A DNA stretch of 64,000 nt, from IMG/VR virus record IMGVR_UViG_2974570554_000001, one strand, 5' to 3'. A model generated the notes under the pieces. The model saw only the letters and a program-made list of their open reading frames with translations, was not told the origin of the DNA and searched no databases. Made by a program: the position numbers and the translations under genes. The stretch is from a virus (taxonomy: Duplodnaviria > Heunggongvirae > Uroviricota > Caudoviricetes > Demerecviridae). Shown one piece after another: positions 35,881-44,942 of the stretch. How positions within the stretch are numbered: position 1 is the first letter of the stretch; each line of letters begins with the position of its first letter.

Positions 35881-36333
35881 TTATTGACGACCAGAATCTC
35901 CGAATCCTGATTCACCACGGTTTGTTTCGTCTAGTTCATCAACAAACTCTAGGTTTTCATGAACTAGGTAGTGAGGAATGACTACCATTTGGCAAACACG
36001 TTCAAAGTCTTCTAGGAATACATCTTCTTCACCGCAGTTACGCATCTTAACCATGATTTCACCGCGATAGTTGGAGTCAATAACACCAGTAGTGTTTGCT
36101 AGTCTGATTTCATATTTAAAACCAAGACCTGAGCGTGGCATGATAAGACCTACCCAACCTTTAGGAATTGCAACCTTAACGCCTGTACCGAACATAATAG
36201 ATTCACCACGTAGTAGTGGCGTAAATCCCTGAGCTGTTTCGATATTCATACGCAAGTCAATACCTGCATCGCCATCTTTCATACATTGTGGTTTAGCTGC
36301 TTCGTTTAATAGTACAATACGGATTTTTTCCAT
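35881..36333 (-). CDS. dut: dUTPase (trimeric)
   Basis: DAGIDL, PRSGLG, GVIDSNYRGEI and RGESGFGDSG motifs; start reassigned to 36333. Confidence 0.95.
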   Translation of the reverse strand: MEKIRIVLLNEAAKPQCMKDGDAGIDLRMNIETAQGFTPLLRGESIMFGTGVKVAIPKGWVGLIMPRSGLGFKYEIRLANTTGVIDSNYRGEIMVKMRNCGEEDVFLEDFERVCQMVVIPHYLVHENLEFVDELDETNRGESGFGDSGRQ

Positions 36334-37202
36334 TATAGTTCTCCTCGTAGTTCTTTGCAAATTCGTTCTAGCCAAAGTAGGTTCTCTGGACTTGGGAAGG
36401 CAATTGCCTCCTTGTGGAAAGATCGTAAGTCAACCAATTGTGTGTTTAGGATCAACTTTTCTTCAGATTTATTTAATTCGATGATGTACTTCTGCTTACC
36501 TTCAATCGGAAGTTGTGTAGCAAGATCTAGTGCATCGCCATACTGACGAACTAAGTTATAAGCTCGTTTAGCCCCAATACCGCCAACACCATACACAGAG
36601 TCACCTGGGTCGCCCATGATAGCTTTAATTGATGTATACTGTTCTGGGTCATCACATTGGTGATGTTCGTAGAAGTTCTCGATAGTGTATTCTTTACGAG
36701 TAGTGTATGAGAAACGACTAACAGTTTCACCTAGAAGCTCATCCCAGTCTCGGTCAGTGGAAATCATCCAGATGTGATCAAATACTTCCCCATCTTCAAA
36801 TTCTTCTACTAAGTAAGCAGCAGTATCATCCGCTTCCACCCCTTCCATTTTGATTACATGGAAGTTGCATTCACAAAGCTCTACAGCCTTGTTGAAGTCT
36901 TCGAAGAACATTTCAGCAGCTAACTTCTCTTCATCAGTTTGGTCTGCGAACTTAGCTTTACGGTCGAATTTGTACTTAGGATGTAAGTCTTTACGATACC
37001 ATGAACCTTTGTAATCGACTAGGACTACAATCTCTCTAGCATGATAAGACTTAGCGAGAGAATTAATTGTTTTAACATAGTCGGCAGCGAAGTCGCTAGT
37101 ACCACGATGTTTGTATCGAAAAGCCAAGTTAAGACCATCCACGATAAGCAAGTTGTTCTTAGGAATCAATGCTTGCTCTGTTGCCATATCCCACATATTC
37201 AT
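36333..37202 (-). CDS. D15: Flap endonuclease / 5'-3' exonuclease
   Basis: IVDGLNLAFR, GVEADD, ISTDRDW and GDPGDSVYGVGGIGAK (H3TH) motifs. Confidence 0.95.
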   Translation of the reverse strand: MNMWDMATEQALIPKNNLLIVDGLNLAFRYKHRGTSDFAADYVKTINSLAKSYHAREIVVLVDYKGSWYRKDLHPKYKFDRKAKFADQTDEEKLAAEMFFEDFNKAVELCECNFHVIKMEGVEADDTAAYLVEEFEDGEVFDHIWMISTDRDWDELLGETVSRFSYTTRKEYTIENFYEHHQCDDPEQYTSIKAIMGDPGDSVYGVGGIGAKRAYNLVRQYGDALDLATQLPIEGKQKYIIELNKSEEKLILNTQLVDLRSFHKEAIAFPSPENLLWLERICKELRGEL

Positions 37203-37687
37203 CGTACTAAATCCTCCGTTGAGACGAGTGATAAAAATTGCTTAAAGTTGATTAGGTATAGAGATCTATCATCTTTAACATAATTTATTGTCGGATTTGC
37301 GCTTGCTAGCTTATCCGCGATTTCATTGTAATCGGATTCATCAATGCATACAATCCAATCACCTCTATCTTTCTTGAATACCAACATAGGCTTAGCATTC
37401 ATTTGACCCGCTTCACGATAAGTTTGGTCTAGCCACTTATCTAGTTGAGTCTTACTGGTCTTCATAATGTTTGAGTTCAAGTGTTCATCTTTGTACCACT
37501 TAACTTCAATTGCAAACTTAGACATACGCCCTGTTGCATGAGGTAGGTAAATGTCACCCTTCAGTCCGTGGGAAGCACCAAAGCCTCCCGAACCTGGGAC
37601 ACGTTCCCACTCCATTTCTGTCTTTTCTCTAAGTAAGTCGCGGATTTGATACTCTCCGCGCTTACCTTTGTCTCGGCTATCTGCCAT
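37199..37687 (-). CDS. D14: D14 endonuclease (Holliday-junction resolvase-like PD-(D/E)xK)
   Basis: SRDKGKRGE, RVPGSG, KGDIY and IEVKWY motifs. Confidence 0.88.
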   Translation of the reverse strand: MADSRDKGKRGEYQIRDLLREKTEMEWERVPGSGGFGASHGLKGDIYLPHATGRMSKFAIEVKWYKDEHLNSNIMKTSKTQLDKWLDQTYREAGQMNAKPMLVFKKDRGDWIVCIDESDYNEIADKLASANPTINYVKDDRSLYLINFKQFLSLVSTEDLVR

Positions 37688-38211
37688 TATAGCACCCTAT
37701 CCTGTGGAGTGTCTGGCCATCTAACATGGTTCCAAGCCCTCCCTATCTTTATTTGTCTAATAGGAGCGTGTGATACCCCGTAGTCCCTACCTATAGCCGC
37801 CATACTATCATTAGTATACTTTAGTCTATGCTTTATTTCAAATACCTGTTCTTCTTTTAACTTGGAAGTAGACCTCTTTGACCCTATTTTTGCTAGACCA
37901 GTGCTGATAGCATGTTTTTGATTCTCAGAAGAAGTGTTCCATTCTAAGTTTTCAACACTAGGGTTTGCTTTGTTACCGTCTATATGGTTTACTTCTGCAC
38001 CCTCAAAAGGTTTTTCGTCTAAAAATAGCTCTGCCACAATAAGGTGGACTAGTCTATTTTTATTGCATAAAGATACGGTAGCGTAGCCTTTACCGGTGTA
38101 GTAATGCTTTAGTATGCTACCTCTATTGGCATTTTTAACAATACCTTTGCTGTTAATTATATACTTATCATCAGTATTAGGAACTATCTTCCACACCTCT
38201 TTAGCTAACAT
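37687..38211 (-). CDS. Free-standing HNH homing endonuclease
   Basis: LVHLIVA..F..VNHIDGNKANP..NLEW..EN..HA; C-terminal HTH-like region. Confidence 0.88.
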   Translation of the reverse strand: MLAKEVWKIVPNTDDKYIINSKGIVKNANRGSILKHYYTGKGYATVSLCNKNRLVHLIVAELFLDEKPFEGAEVNHIDGNKANPSVENLEWNTSSENQKHAISTGLAKIGSKRSTSKLKEEQVFEIKHRLKYTNDSMAAIGRDYGVSHAPIRQIKIGRAWNHVRWPDTPQDRVL

Positions 38212-40072
38212 GCATTGCTACTCCATTTATTTTTTCTAGACGAATAGTTTTTGTTAACGGGTGATTAAACCCATGACTTACTAAAAATATGTTTAAGTGA
38301 GTCTCTTTAAGTAGTAATTCTACTAATAAATCCATAGATTCTGTATCTAGTACAGATACTATCTCATCTAAGAATAGAAGATTAATATTTACATCACTAA
38401 CGGCACTCATTAAGTTTCTGATTGCTAGCAATGTTGACACATTTACTTTACTTTGCTCACCACTAGATAGTGATTCCATACCTACCTGAACGCCATCATC
38501 ATAGATAACAACCTTCAATTTAGTAGAGTCTAGTTCAAAACCTAGCGCGAACTGACCTGATGTGAATTTTGAAAGATATTTATTAATTAATTCTTCAAAA
38601 ACTTTAACGCTACTTTCGATTTTATAACTAATAAGCCCTTTAGAGCCGAATGCTTTACATAGAAGGTCTAAATCGTCAACTTCAAGCTGTGCTTCTTGTA
38701 ACTCAACCTGATACTTGTCTAATTCAACACGATACTCCGTAGAGGTTTTAAGAATCTCTTCACGTTTCGCATTATTTACTAAGGCATCTGTATTATGTCG
38801 ATTCGCATTTTCAATGTCGGTTTTGAGCTTAGTGATTTTATTTTGAATTTCTTTTATATCATCACGAAGAATTTTAGTGTCGGTTTTGCGCTTAGTTTCA
38901 TTGCCTGGGTACTCCGGCACTTGATAACTATTAAACGCTGTTAAAGCATTTTCCATCTTACGCTGCCAAGCCACATATTCCTTGTATTCCGACTGCTTGT
39001 TCTCTAGCTTACCTAGCTGTTCTTGAAGTGCATCACGAATTGGTTTTAGCTTCATGAAACGCTCTTTAGCCGCATCACGAGCTTCTGCTTTTTGGGTTAC
39101 ATCTAGGTGCGAACCACAAGTATGGCATTTAGTTACACTTGCTTCATCACGGAACTTCTGGTACGTACTCTTTTCCGCTGCCATTTCCGCTTGCTTGGTC
39201 GCTAGGTCACGCGTAACACTTTTAATTTCTTCAGAAAAGTCCTCTGCTGGCGCGGGCTCAGAGTTTTTAAGCTCCATTACTCGCCCATGCAGTTCGTCCT
39301 TGCGTTGAGCTTTAGTTTTGAAATCCTCGATACTTTTATTATGTGCATCGACCTGCTTGTTATGTAACTCAGCGGTACGTAAATCTACGTTTTTCTCGCT
39401 TAGACTCTTCTCTAAGCCAGAGTCGTTTTCTGGAACGTCTACTAGCGATAACTCGTCTGGTATGGTTGAGTTTCTTTTTAGCCATTTTTCTATTGTCTCC
39501 GTTTTAGCTTTAACGGTATTAAGAATAGAGGTGGCGTCCTTTCTAGCCTCTTTCAAAGCTGCTTCGATTTCACTGTAGCCTTCCAAGCCTAGAAGTGAGA
39601 CCAAGAATTTTTTACGGTTAGCATCTGTGGACGTTAGGAAGTCCATAGAAGAACTCATTGATTGATACACTAATTTAGAGAATGTTTTGAACTCAGTGTC
39701 ACCAAGAATCTCTTTAATTAGCTTGTAAGTCTGTGTTGCTGTATGACCACTAATGTCTTCACTATTTTTATATAGCTTGACTTTTGCCGCTGACTTAACT
39801 TCTTTATGAACTATGTATTCATCAGTACCTACAAAGAAAGTAACTTCACCCCACCAACCTTTTACATCAGTGTATCGGTTAGGCATTGCCTGTTTCTTCA
39901 ACCCTCTAGAGTTATTATTATATAGGATTTCTTCGATGATGGTTGGTAAGGACGACTTACCAGAGCCGTTCTTACCAATCAATTGATACACAGTATGTTC
40001 ATCAAGAATGAAATCAAAGTCACCATAGGCAAGGGCATTGCTACCACGTACTCTATGTAATTTAATCTGCAT
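38201..40072 (-). CDS. D13: SbcC/Rad50-like recombination ATPase
   Basis: GKNGSGKSS Walker A, CHTC zinc hook, LSSGE signature, LFLDE Walker B. Confidence 0.93.
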   Translation of the reverse strand: MQIKLHRVRGSNALAYGDFDFILDEHTVYQLIGKNGSGKSSLPTIIEEILYNNNSRGLKKQAMPNRYTDVKGWWGEVTFFVGTDEYIVHKEVKSAAKVKLYKNSEDISGHTATQTYKLIKEILGDTEFKTFSKLVYQSMSSSMDFLTSTDANRKKFLVSLLGLEGYSEIEAALKEARKDATSILNTVKAKTETIEKWLKRNSTIPDELSLVDVPENDSGLEKSLSEKNVDLRTAELHNKQVDAHNKSIEDFKTKAQRKDELHGRVMELKNSEPAPAEDFSEEIKSVTRDLATKQAEMAAEKSTYQKFRDEASVTKCHTCGSHLDVTQKAEARDAAKERFMKLKPIRDALQEQLGKLENKQSEYKEYVAWQRKMENALTAFNSYQVPEYPGNETKRKTDTKILRDDIKEIQNKITKLKTDIENANRHNTDALVNNAKREEILKTSTEYRVELDKYQVELQEAQLEVDDLDLLCKAFGSKGLISYKIESSVKVFEELINKYLSKFTSGQFALGFELDSTKLKVVIYDDGVQVGMESLSSGEQSKVNVSTLLAIRNLMSAVSDVNINLLFLDEIVSVLDTESMDLLVELLLKETHLNIFLVSHGFNHPLTKTIRLEKINGVAMHVS

Positions 40073-41045
40073 TAGGAACTACCTGCTTGTATTTACCAAC
40101 AAGTCTATTCACGGTATCTTTCGGGAGAGCTTCTACTTCCGTTAAGTAGATAGCTAGTTCCTCATCTGTACCGGACTTGTTTGTTAAATCTAACGCTGCT
40201 GGCTTACCAACGTTTTTGTTTACTTTCTTATCTAATAAATCAGAATCTTGAATCGACTTGAGTTCTGAAATATCACCTTCAACTTCATAGATTACTCTAT
40301 CGTATTCGTCCTTAATCATTGGCTCGCCAACTTGGATAGTCTTGCGAATTAATTGGGGAAGCTCTTTTAAATCGTGCCATACGTAGTTGAGTGTCTCAGT
40401 GTTGATAACTATACATCCATTAGTTTTTCTAGTACGTTCTCTATGGAACGTTGTAGTAAGCGGACTGCCTGGGTAAAGGATTGTAGTACCGTTATCAGTT
40501 GTCTGAGTGTTTTGGTAAGAATGTAAGTCACCCGCAAGAACCAAGTCGTAAGTATCAAACTTAGCAAGGTCAATCTCAGGTGTTACGTGAGGAGGAATCT
40601 CGCCTCGAACATGCGTTAAGCAAATTCTAGATTGTTGCTCTGCCCACGATTTCTTGTGAAGTTCTTTATAATCAACAATATCGAAATCTTGACTTCTATA
40701 AACTCCTGTGACAACTTCCACTAGTGGATTGCATCGAGTAGTTTCTTCTGCAAGGTTGTCTAGGACAGATTTAGTTTTTGACTTCATTTCGTGATTGCCA
40801 GTGTAAATCAAGGTCTTATGATTCAACTTAGAAATCAAATCGAAGTAAAGCTCAATTTCTTCTGGGGTAGGATCAAATCTATCAAAAATATCACCACCGA
40901 TAACATGAACATCACACTCACTAGCTTCAAAGCGTTTATTAAGCTTATCAACTAACATGTGAAAACGATTGATCTGCCATAAAGCAGGGACATGCTTCTG
41001 CCCCAACTTAATGTGCCAATCAGCCGAAAATAAAAGTCTAGCCAT
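40062..41045 (-). CDS. D12: SbcD/Mre11-like nuclease
   Basis: ADWH, GGDIFD, GNHE and AGDLH motifs. Confidence 0.93.
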   Translation of the reverse strand: MARLLFSADWHIKLGQKHVPALWQINRFHMLVDKLNKRFEASECDVHVIGGDIFDRFDPTPEEIELYFDLISKLNHKTLIYTGNHEMKSKTKSVLDNLAEETTRCNPLVEVVTGVYRSQDFDIVDYKELHKKSWAEQQSRICLTHVRGEIPPHVTPEIDLAKFDTYDLVLAGDLHSYQNTQTTDNGTTILYPGSPLTTTFHRERTRKTNGCIVINTETLNYVWHDLKELPQLIRKTIQVGEPMIKDEYDRVIYEVEGDISELKSIQDSDLLDKKVNKNVGKPAALDLTNKSGTDEELAIYLTEVEALPKDTVNRLVGKYKQVVPNAD

Positions 41046-41434
41046 TAGTCGTCGATTGGATACTTGACTGTAGTAGCTACTTGATCAGCAAGCTCTTTCA
41101 CCAAGCCTTTTTCTTGGAACTCTTTACTTAGGGTCTCAATATCAATTGAGTCAGGGTCATAAGGTTCATTATATGGTAGGAATACCTCCTGAGCCAAATC
41201 CCATTGTTTCTGCCAATCTTCACAGTTGTTCATGAAGTATTGGTCGATTTCGGTAAGATAGTCGTTTACACGTTCACGGATAATTGTAATCTCACGGCGA
41301 GTATCTTCAACTTCTTTCCATGTCTTATTCTCTACAGGGTTATCTAAGAAGCCACCTGCCGCTTGAACAAGAGCACCTGTAAGTGAGCGTTTATCAAAAA
41401 TAATTTTACGTAGTTCTGTCATTGTTTTCTCCAA
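41045..41434 (-). CDS. Hypothetical protein (129 aa)
   Basis: GGAGA SD; coupled to D12. Confidence 0.75.
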   Translation of the reverse strand: MEKTMTELRKIIFDKRSLTGALVQAAGGFLDNPVENKTWKEVEDTRREITIIRERVNDYLTEIDQYFMNNCEDWQKQWDLAQEVFLPYNEPYDPDSIDIETLSKEFQEKGLVKELADQVATTVKYPIDD

Positions 41435-41435
41435 A

Positions 41436-41460
41436 CAAAAGGGGAAGCAAAAGCTCCCCC
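41436..41460 (-). terminator. Terminator after D11
   Basis: GGGGA(A)GC/GCTCCCC stem with a U-run on the - strand. Confidence 0.55.
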
Positions 41461-41468
41461 AATTTTAA

Positions 41469-42278
41469 TTAGTCTAGTTCGTCCATTGCTTCTTGAGCAG
41501 CATCGCTAGGAGTAGACTCGCCAGCTTCATCTTCGTCACCGTGCAGGAACTTGTGAACTTCTTCTTTTTGTTCTGCGTAAGTAGGACGTGGGAATACTTC
41601 TTGGATTGGTTTCTTATCTTTCAAGATTTCAGCATCCGCTTCGAAGCGTTCCATCATTGCTTTGAAAGCATCTTCGTCGAGTACGTTTTCCATTGTTTCA
41701 ACAATGTCAACTTTGTACTTAGTGCCTAGACCAGCACCAGACTTAACAAGGACAATATCAATGTCACTTGGGCTATTAACCGCATAGTCAGGGTCTGCAA
41801 AACGACGACGTTGTTTAGGGTCGCTTAGTTTAGCCATAAGCTCACCAACACCAGCCAGAGTATCACCTTTAAGGGTTGCGTACTCATATTCACCAGTATC
41901 ACGGTTCATGATAGGGAATAGGTATTGACGTTGAGATTTAAGTGGAACTGGTTGACCTTTCTTATCGAACTCAGGATTACCCTGCCAGTCAGTGTTCTGA
42001 ATGTTAAGTTCTTTGATTGGGTCAAGAGCACCGTTAATGAATTTCTCTACACCTGGGGTCGCATCGAAAGATAGGCAATCGAACGGGGCAGATAGTTTAC
42101 GTGGTTTACCTTCATCGTCAGTTTTCACTGTTGATAGCCAGTACACGAAACGTGGTAGAATGTCACCAACGATACGGAATTTGTTAGCGCCAGCTTTGTA
42201 CTTAGTGTATTTTTTCTCGCCGCCGTTGTCGCCCGCTGTTACAGTACCCCAGTTAGATGCAGTAGTAGTCATAGTCAT
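41469..42278 (-). CDS. D11: D11 ssDNA-binding protein
   Basis: FRIVGDILPRFVYW, CLSF and DIDIV..KSGAG..TKY motifs; acidic tail. Confidence 0.85.
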   Translation of the reverse strand: MTMTTTASNWGTVTAGDNGGEKKYTKYKAGANKFRIVGDILPRFVYWLSTVKTDDEGKPRKLSAPFDCLSFDATPGVEKFINGALDPIKELNIQNTDWQGNPEFDKKGQPVPLKSQRQYLFPIMNRDTGEYEYATLKGDTLAGVGELMAKLSDPKQRRRFADPDYAVNSPSDIDIVLVKSGAGLGTKYKVDIVETMENVLDEDAFKAMMERFEADAEILKDKKPIQEVFPRPTYAEQKEEVHKFLHGDEDEAGESTPSDAAQEAMDELD

Positions 42279-42637
42279 AGATTATTTTCCTCGTATTTGA
42301 ATAAGATTTTTGATTTGTTAATTGCGATTAGTGGGTTTTCATCGACAACCTGCCGAGGGATGTAGTTAGGAAAGTATTCCATATCTAGATTAACCTCGCG
42401 GTATTGCTGATAGTTAGCGTAGTTGCGTAAAGCACATAAACCTAGATACTCTGCCAACTTATGTTGCGGCAATCTCATAGGATTATTAACTACGATTTCA
42501 GGGTTGAGTATGAAGTTCGTACCTTTAAGGAAGCGAAAGTCAACTCTATTTAGGTAAAGATACTTAAAATATCTAAGCATCAATCTAGGCTGCCCACCTG
42601 AGAGCAACCAGATTTTGTTAAAGTCGTAAAGAACCAT
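42275..42637 (-). CDS. Conserved T5-like hypothetical protein (120 aa)
   Basis: YDFNKIWLLS..EYLGLCALRNY; GTGA-type overlap with D11. Confidence 0.7.
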   Translation of the reverse strand: MVLYDFNKIWLLSGGQPRLMLRYFKYLYLNRVDFRFLKGTNFILNPEIVVNNPMRLPQHKLAEYLGLCALRNYANYQQYREVNLDMEYFPNYIPRQVVDENPLIAINKSKILFKYEENNL

Positions 42638-42656
42638 TTCTCAACTTTATGCGATT

Positions 42657-42685
42657 ATTATACAGAAAATTTAGTAATTGAGCAA
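42657..42685 (-). promoter_or_regulatory. T5 PN25-like early promoter
   Basis: TTGCTC-N17-TATAAT followed by AATCGCATAAAGTTGAG. Confidence 0.8.
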
Positions 42686-43048
42686 TTCAATTTTTAAATC
42701 TTTTGGCAAATCATACCAAATATATTCACCGCCGATATCTACCGCTAAGATAGCTTCAATATCTTTTTCTGGCTGAACTACCAGAGCGTAAGCTGTAACA
42801 CCATCAGTAGTATTAATTACTGGGAAGTCCACCTTGACTTTTCGTGGGTCTTCAAAACATACCCATGGGTCATACGAAGTTTCATGTTCTTCGTGGAGAG
42901 GTTTGACTTCAATCGGATGGTAGGATAGATAATCTGTATCTACTTCTATTGAATCACCGTTTACTAAGTTTAGCGGGTCTATAAAAATACACACAGAAGA
43001 AGCATCTGCTGGAAGTTTACCACCCAAGTCTACTCTTAATGTTTTCAT
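42671..43048 (-). CDS. Hypothetical acidic protein (125 aa) with its own promoter
   Basis: GAGAGAAG SD; flanked by promoters on both sides. Confidence 0.7.
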   Translation of the reverse strand: MKTLRVDLGGKLPADASSVCIFIDPLNLVNGDSIEVDTDYLSYHPIEVKPLHEEHETSYDPWVCFEDPRKVKVDFPVINTTDGVTAYALVVQPEKDIEAILAVDIGGEYIWYDLPKDLKIELLNY

Positions 43049-43079
43049 AATTATCTTCTCTCTTTCAGAATATGCATAT

Positions 43080-43109
43080 ATTATACTTTAAAATCTAGCA
43101 ACTTGGCAA
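43080..43109 (-). promoter_or_regulatory. Early promoter
   Basis: TTGCCA-N18-TATAAT. Confidence 0.6.
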
Positions 43110-44436
43110 ATGAGTTTTTGTTTAAAGCTACTAGTTTTGGTATAGTCATTGGAATACATTGCCAACCGTTCTTACCATAGATAGAAGTACGAGCACGTCT
43201 GTGTCTAGTACCAGTCCATCCGTTTAATTTTGAATCAACAAGAATAGGATCTAGCTTACCTTCTGCCTGTCTCATAATACGACCCGCTAGCTGTTCTACT
43301 AGAGATTCATTATCTCCGATAGGACTACCTAGAATCATACAAGACAACTCGTTTTGTGAAATACCTTCCGAGAATATATTTTGACTTGCACAGAATAAGT
43401 CTAGTTTTCCGTCAGACATATCTTTCTGTAGCTGAACACGGTCTTCTGTAGCGGTTTCTCCAATAAACAACGCCGAACGACCTTTTGCATGTTCATGTAT
43501 ATATTTCAAAAATTCTATTCTATCACTAACGACGATGACTTTGTGACCCATACTTATATAACAATTTGTGAGAGCAAGCATATGCTTACGATACACAGGA
43601 TTTTCCATGACAGCATTTACTTTGTTAGCCCACGGAATCATCTGATTACCAGAGATTTCAACATCGGTATCATATAAGTGAATTGTTGGAGCAATGGTGT
43701 TAGCCACCTCTGGAATGAATACCTTCATACCGAAGAAGTCCTTGAATAGACATTCCAAGCCATCTTTACGTTTTAGTGTACCAGATAGACCAATCTTATA
43801 TCTAGCCTTACTTTCCATTAGAAGCTTAGTAAATGTAGACGCAGGTGTGTGGTGCATCTCATCCACAATCATAAGACCAAATTGGTCTGCTAGCTTAACC
43901 CCATGTTTGGCTAGTGTTTGGATGTTCCCAATTGTAATTGGAGACTCATGGTCGAACATACCAGAACCGATAATGCCTGGCTCTATATCAAACCACTTAC
44001 GTACCTCTGAAATCCACATATCACGAATTGCAGTTGTGGTACATACTACAAGAGTTTTCTGTCCTAGCTTCCATGCTAATGCTAGTGCTAGGATTGTTTT
44101 ACCGAATCCAGGCTTCGCATTAATAATACAAGAATCATCTGCTTCGTCGAAGATTTCTTGCTGGTCTTCACGTAGTTTAAACTTAGGTTCTGGGAACGTC
44201 TCAGGTAGATTGGTACGTTTATCAATATACTCTACATCGTAACCTTGAAGTAAGTCTACGCGTGACACCGGTAGCCAGTAAGTTCCTCTGGCTACAAGAC
44301 CATAGTGTAATACTAATTTAGGTATAGAAGTTTTCGAATGAGGCTCAAAGACTTGGTAAGTTAGGTTCTTTTCCAAGCGTTCTCTTAACTTATCATCCGG
44401 TTTCAAATATGCCTTGTTAGATAATATAACTTTCAA
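43081..44436 (-). CDS. D10: SF2 helicase
   Basis: PGFGKT, IVDEMH, GLSGT, FSEGIS and QLAGRIMR motifs. Confidence 0.93.
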   Translation of the reverse strand: MKVILSNKAYLKPDDKLRERLEKNLTYQVFEPHSKTSIPKLVLHYGLVARGTYWLPVSRVDLLQGYDVEYIDKRTNLPETFPEPKFKLREDQQEIFDEADDSCIINAKPGFGKTILALALAWKLGQKTLVVCTTTAIRDMWISEVRKWFDIEPGIIGSGMFDHESPITIGNIQTLAKHGVKLADQFGLMIVDEMHHTPASTFTKLLMESKARYKIGLSGTLKRKDGLECLFKDFFGMKVFIPEVANTIAPTIHLYDTDVEISGNQMIPWANKVNAVMENPVYRKHMLALTNCYISMGHKVIVVSDRIEFLKYIHEHAKGRSALFIGETATEDRVQLQKDMSDGKLDLFCASQNIFSEGISQNELSCMILGSPIGDNESLVEQLAGRIMRQAEGKLDPILVDSKLNGWTGTRHRRARTSIYGKNGWQCIPMTIPKLVALNKNSFAKLLDFKV

Positions 44437-44942
44437 AGTTTCTTCCTAGTTGTAGCCTTACGCTCACTAGATAATTCGTATAGATAGAAAGCACTACCTA
44501 CTTGAATATAGCCTACGTAATCTGCTACCTGCTCTGTTACGAATGCAACAGGCAAATTAGTCATTAATCTATAATAACCATTCCATGTTCTATCAGCCCG
44601 TAAAACTTTAGCATACTTAATATGGTAAAACTTACTAGGTTTGTACCTAACAATTGTACCTTCAGCGTCTATAAACCATCTTCTTTTACTATTTGCTAGC
44701 TGACTCAAGGATGTAAATCGTTCTCTCAACGGATACACCTTAAACTCTAGGTCTGTAAATCCTAGTAGCTTTGTTCTGCGCTCAGCATAGTTTCCTTCTA
44801 GTGAAGGGCAGTCTAAGATATACTCCCGATATTTAGAGGAGAAGAGGATAAACTCCTCAAACTCCCGAATATCCTCGTACGCCCTTAGAGCGTACAGAGG
44901 AAAATTAGCTTGGAATGGCGTTATGGCTTTGAAGTTAATCAT
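44433..44942 (-). CDS. Conserved T5-like hypothetical protein (169 aa)
   Basis: ATGA overlap with the pol stop fixes the start at 44942; same slot as in T5. Confidence 0.75.
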   Translation of the reverse strand: MINFKAITPFQANFPLYALRAYEDIREFEEFILFSSKYREYILDCPSLEGNYAERRTKLLGFTDLEFKVYPLRERFTSLSQLANSKRRWFIDAEGTIVRYKPSKFYHIKYAKVLRADRTWNGYYRLMTNLPVAFVTEQVADYVGYIQVGSAFYLYELSSERKATTRKKL

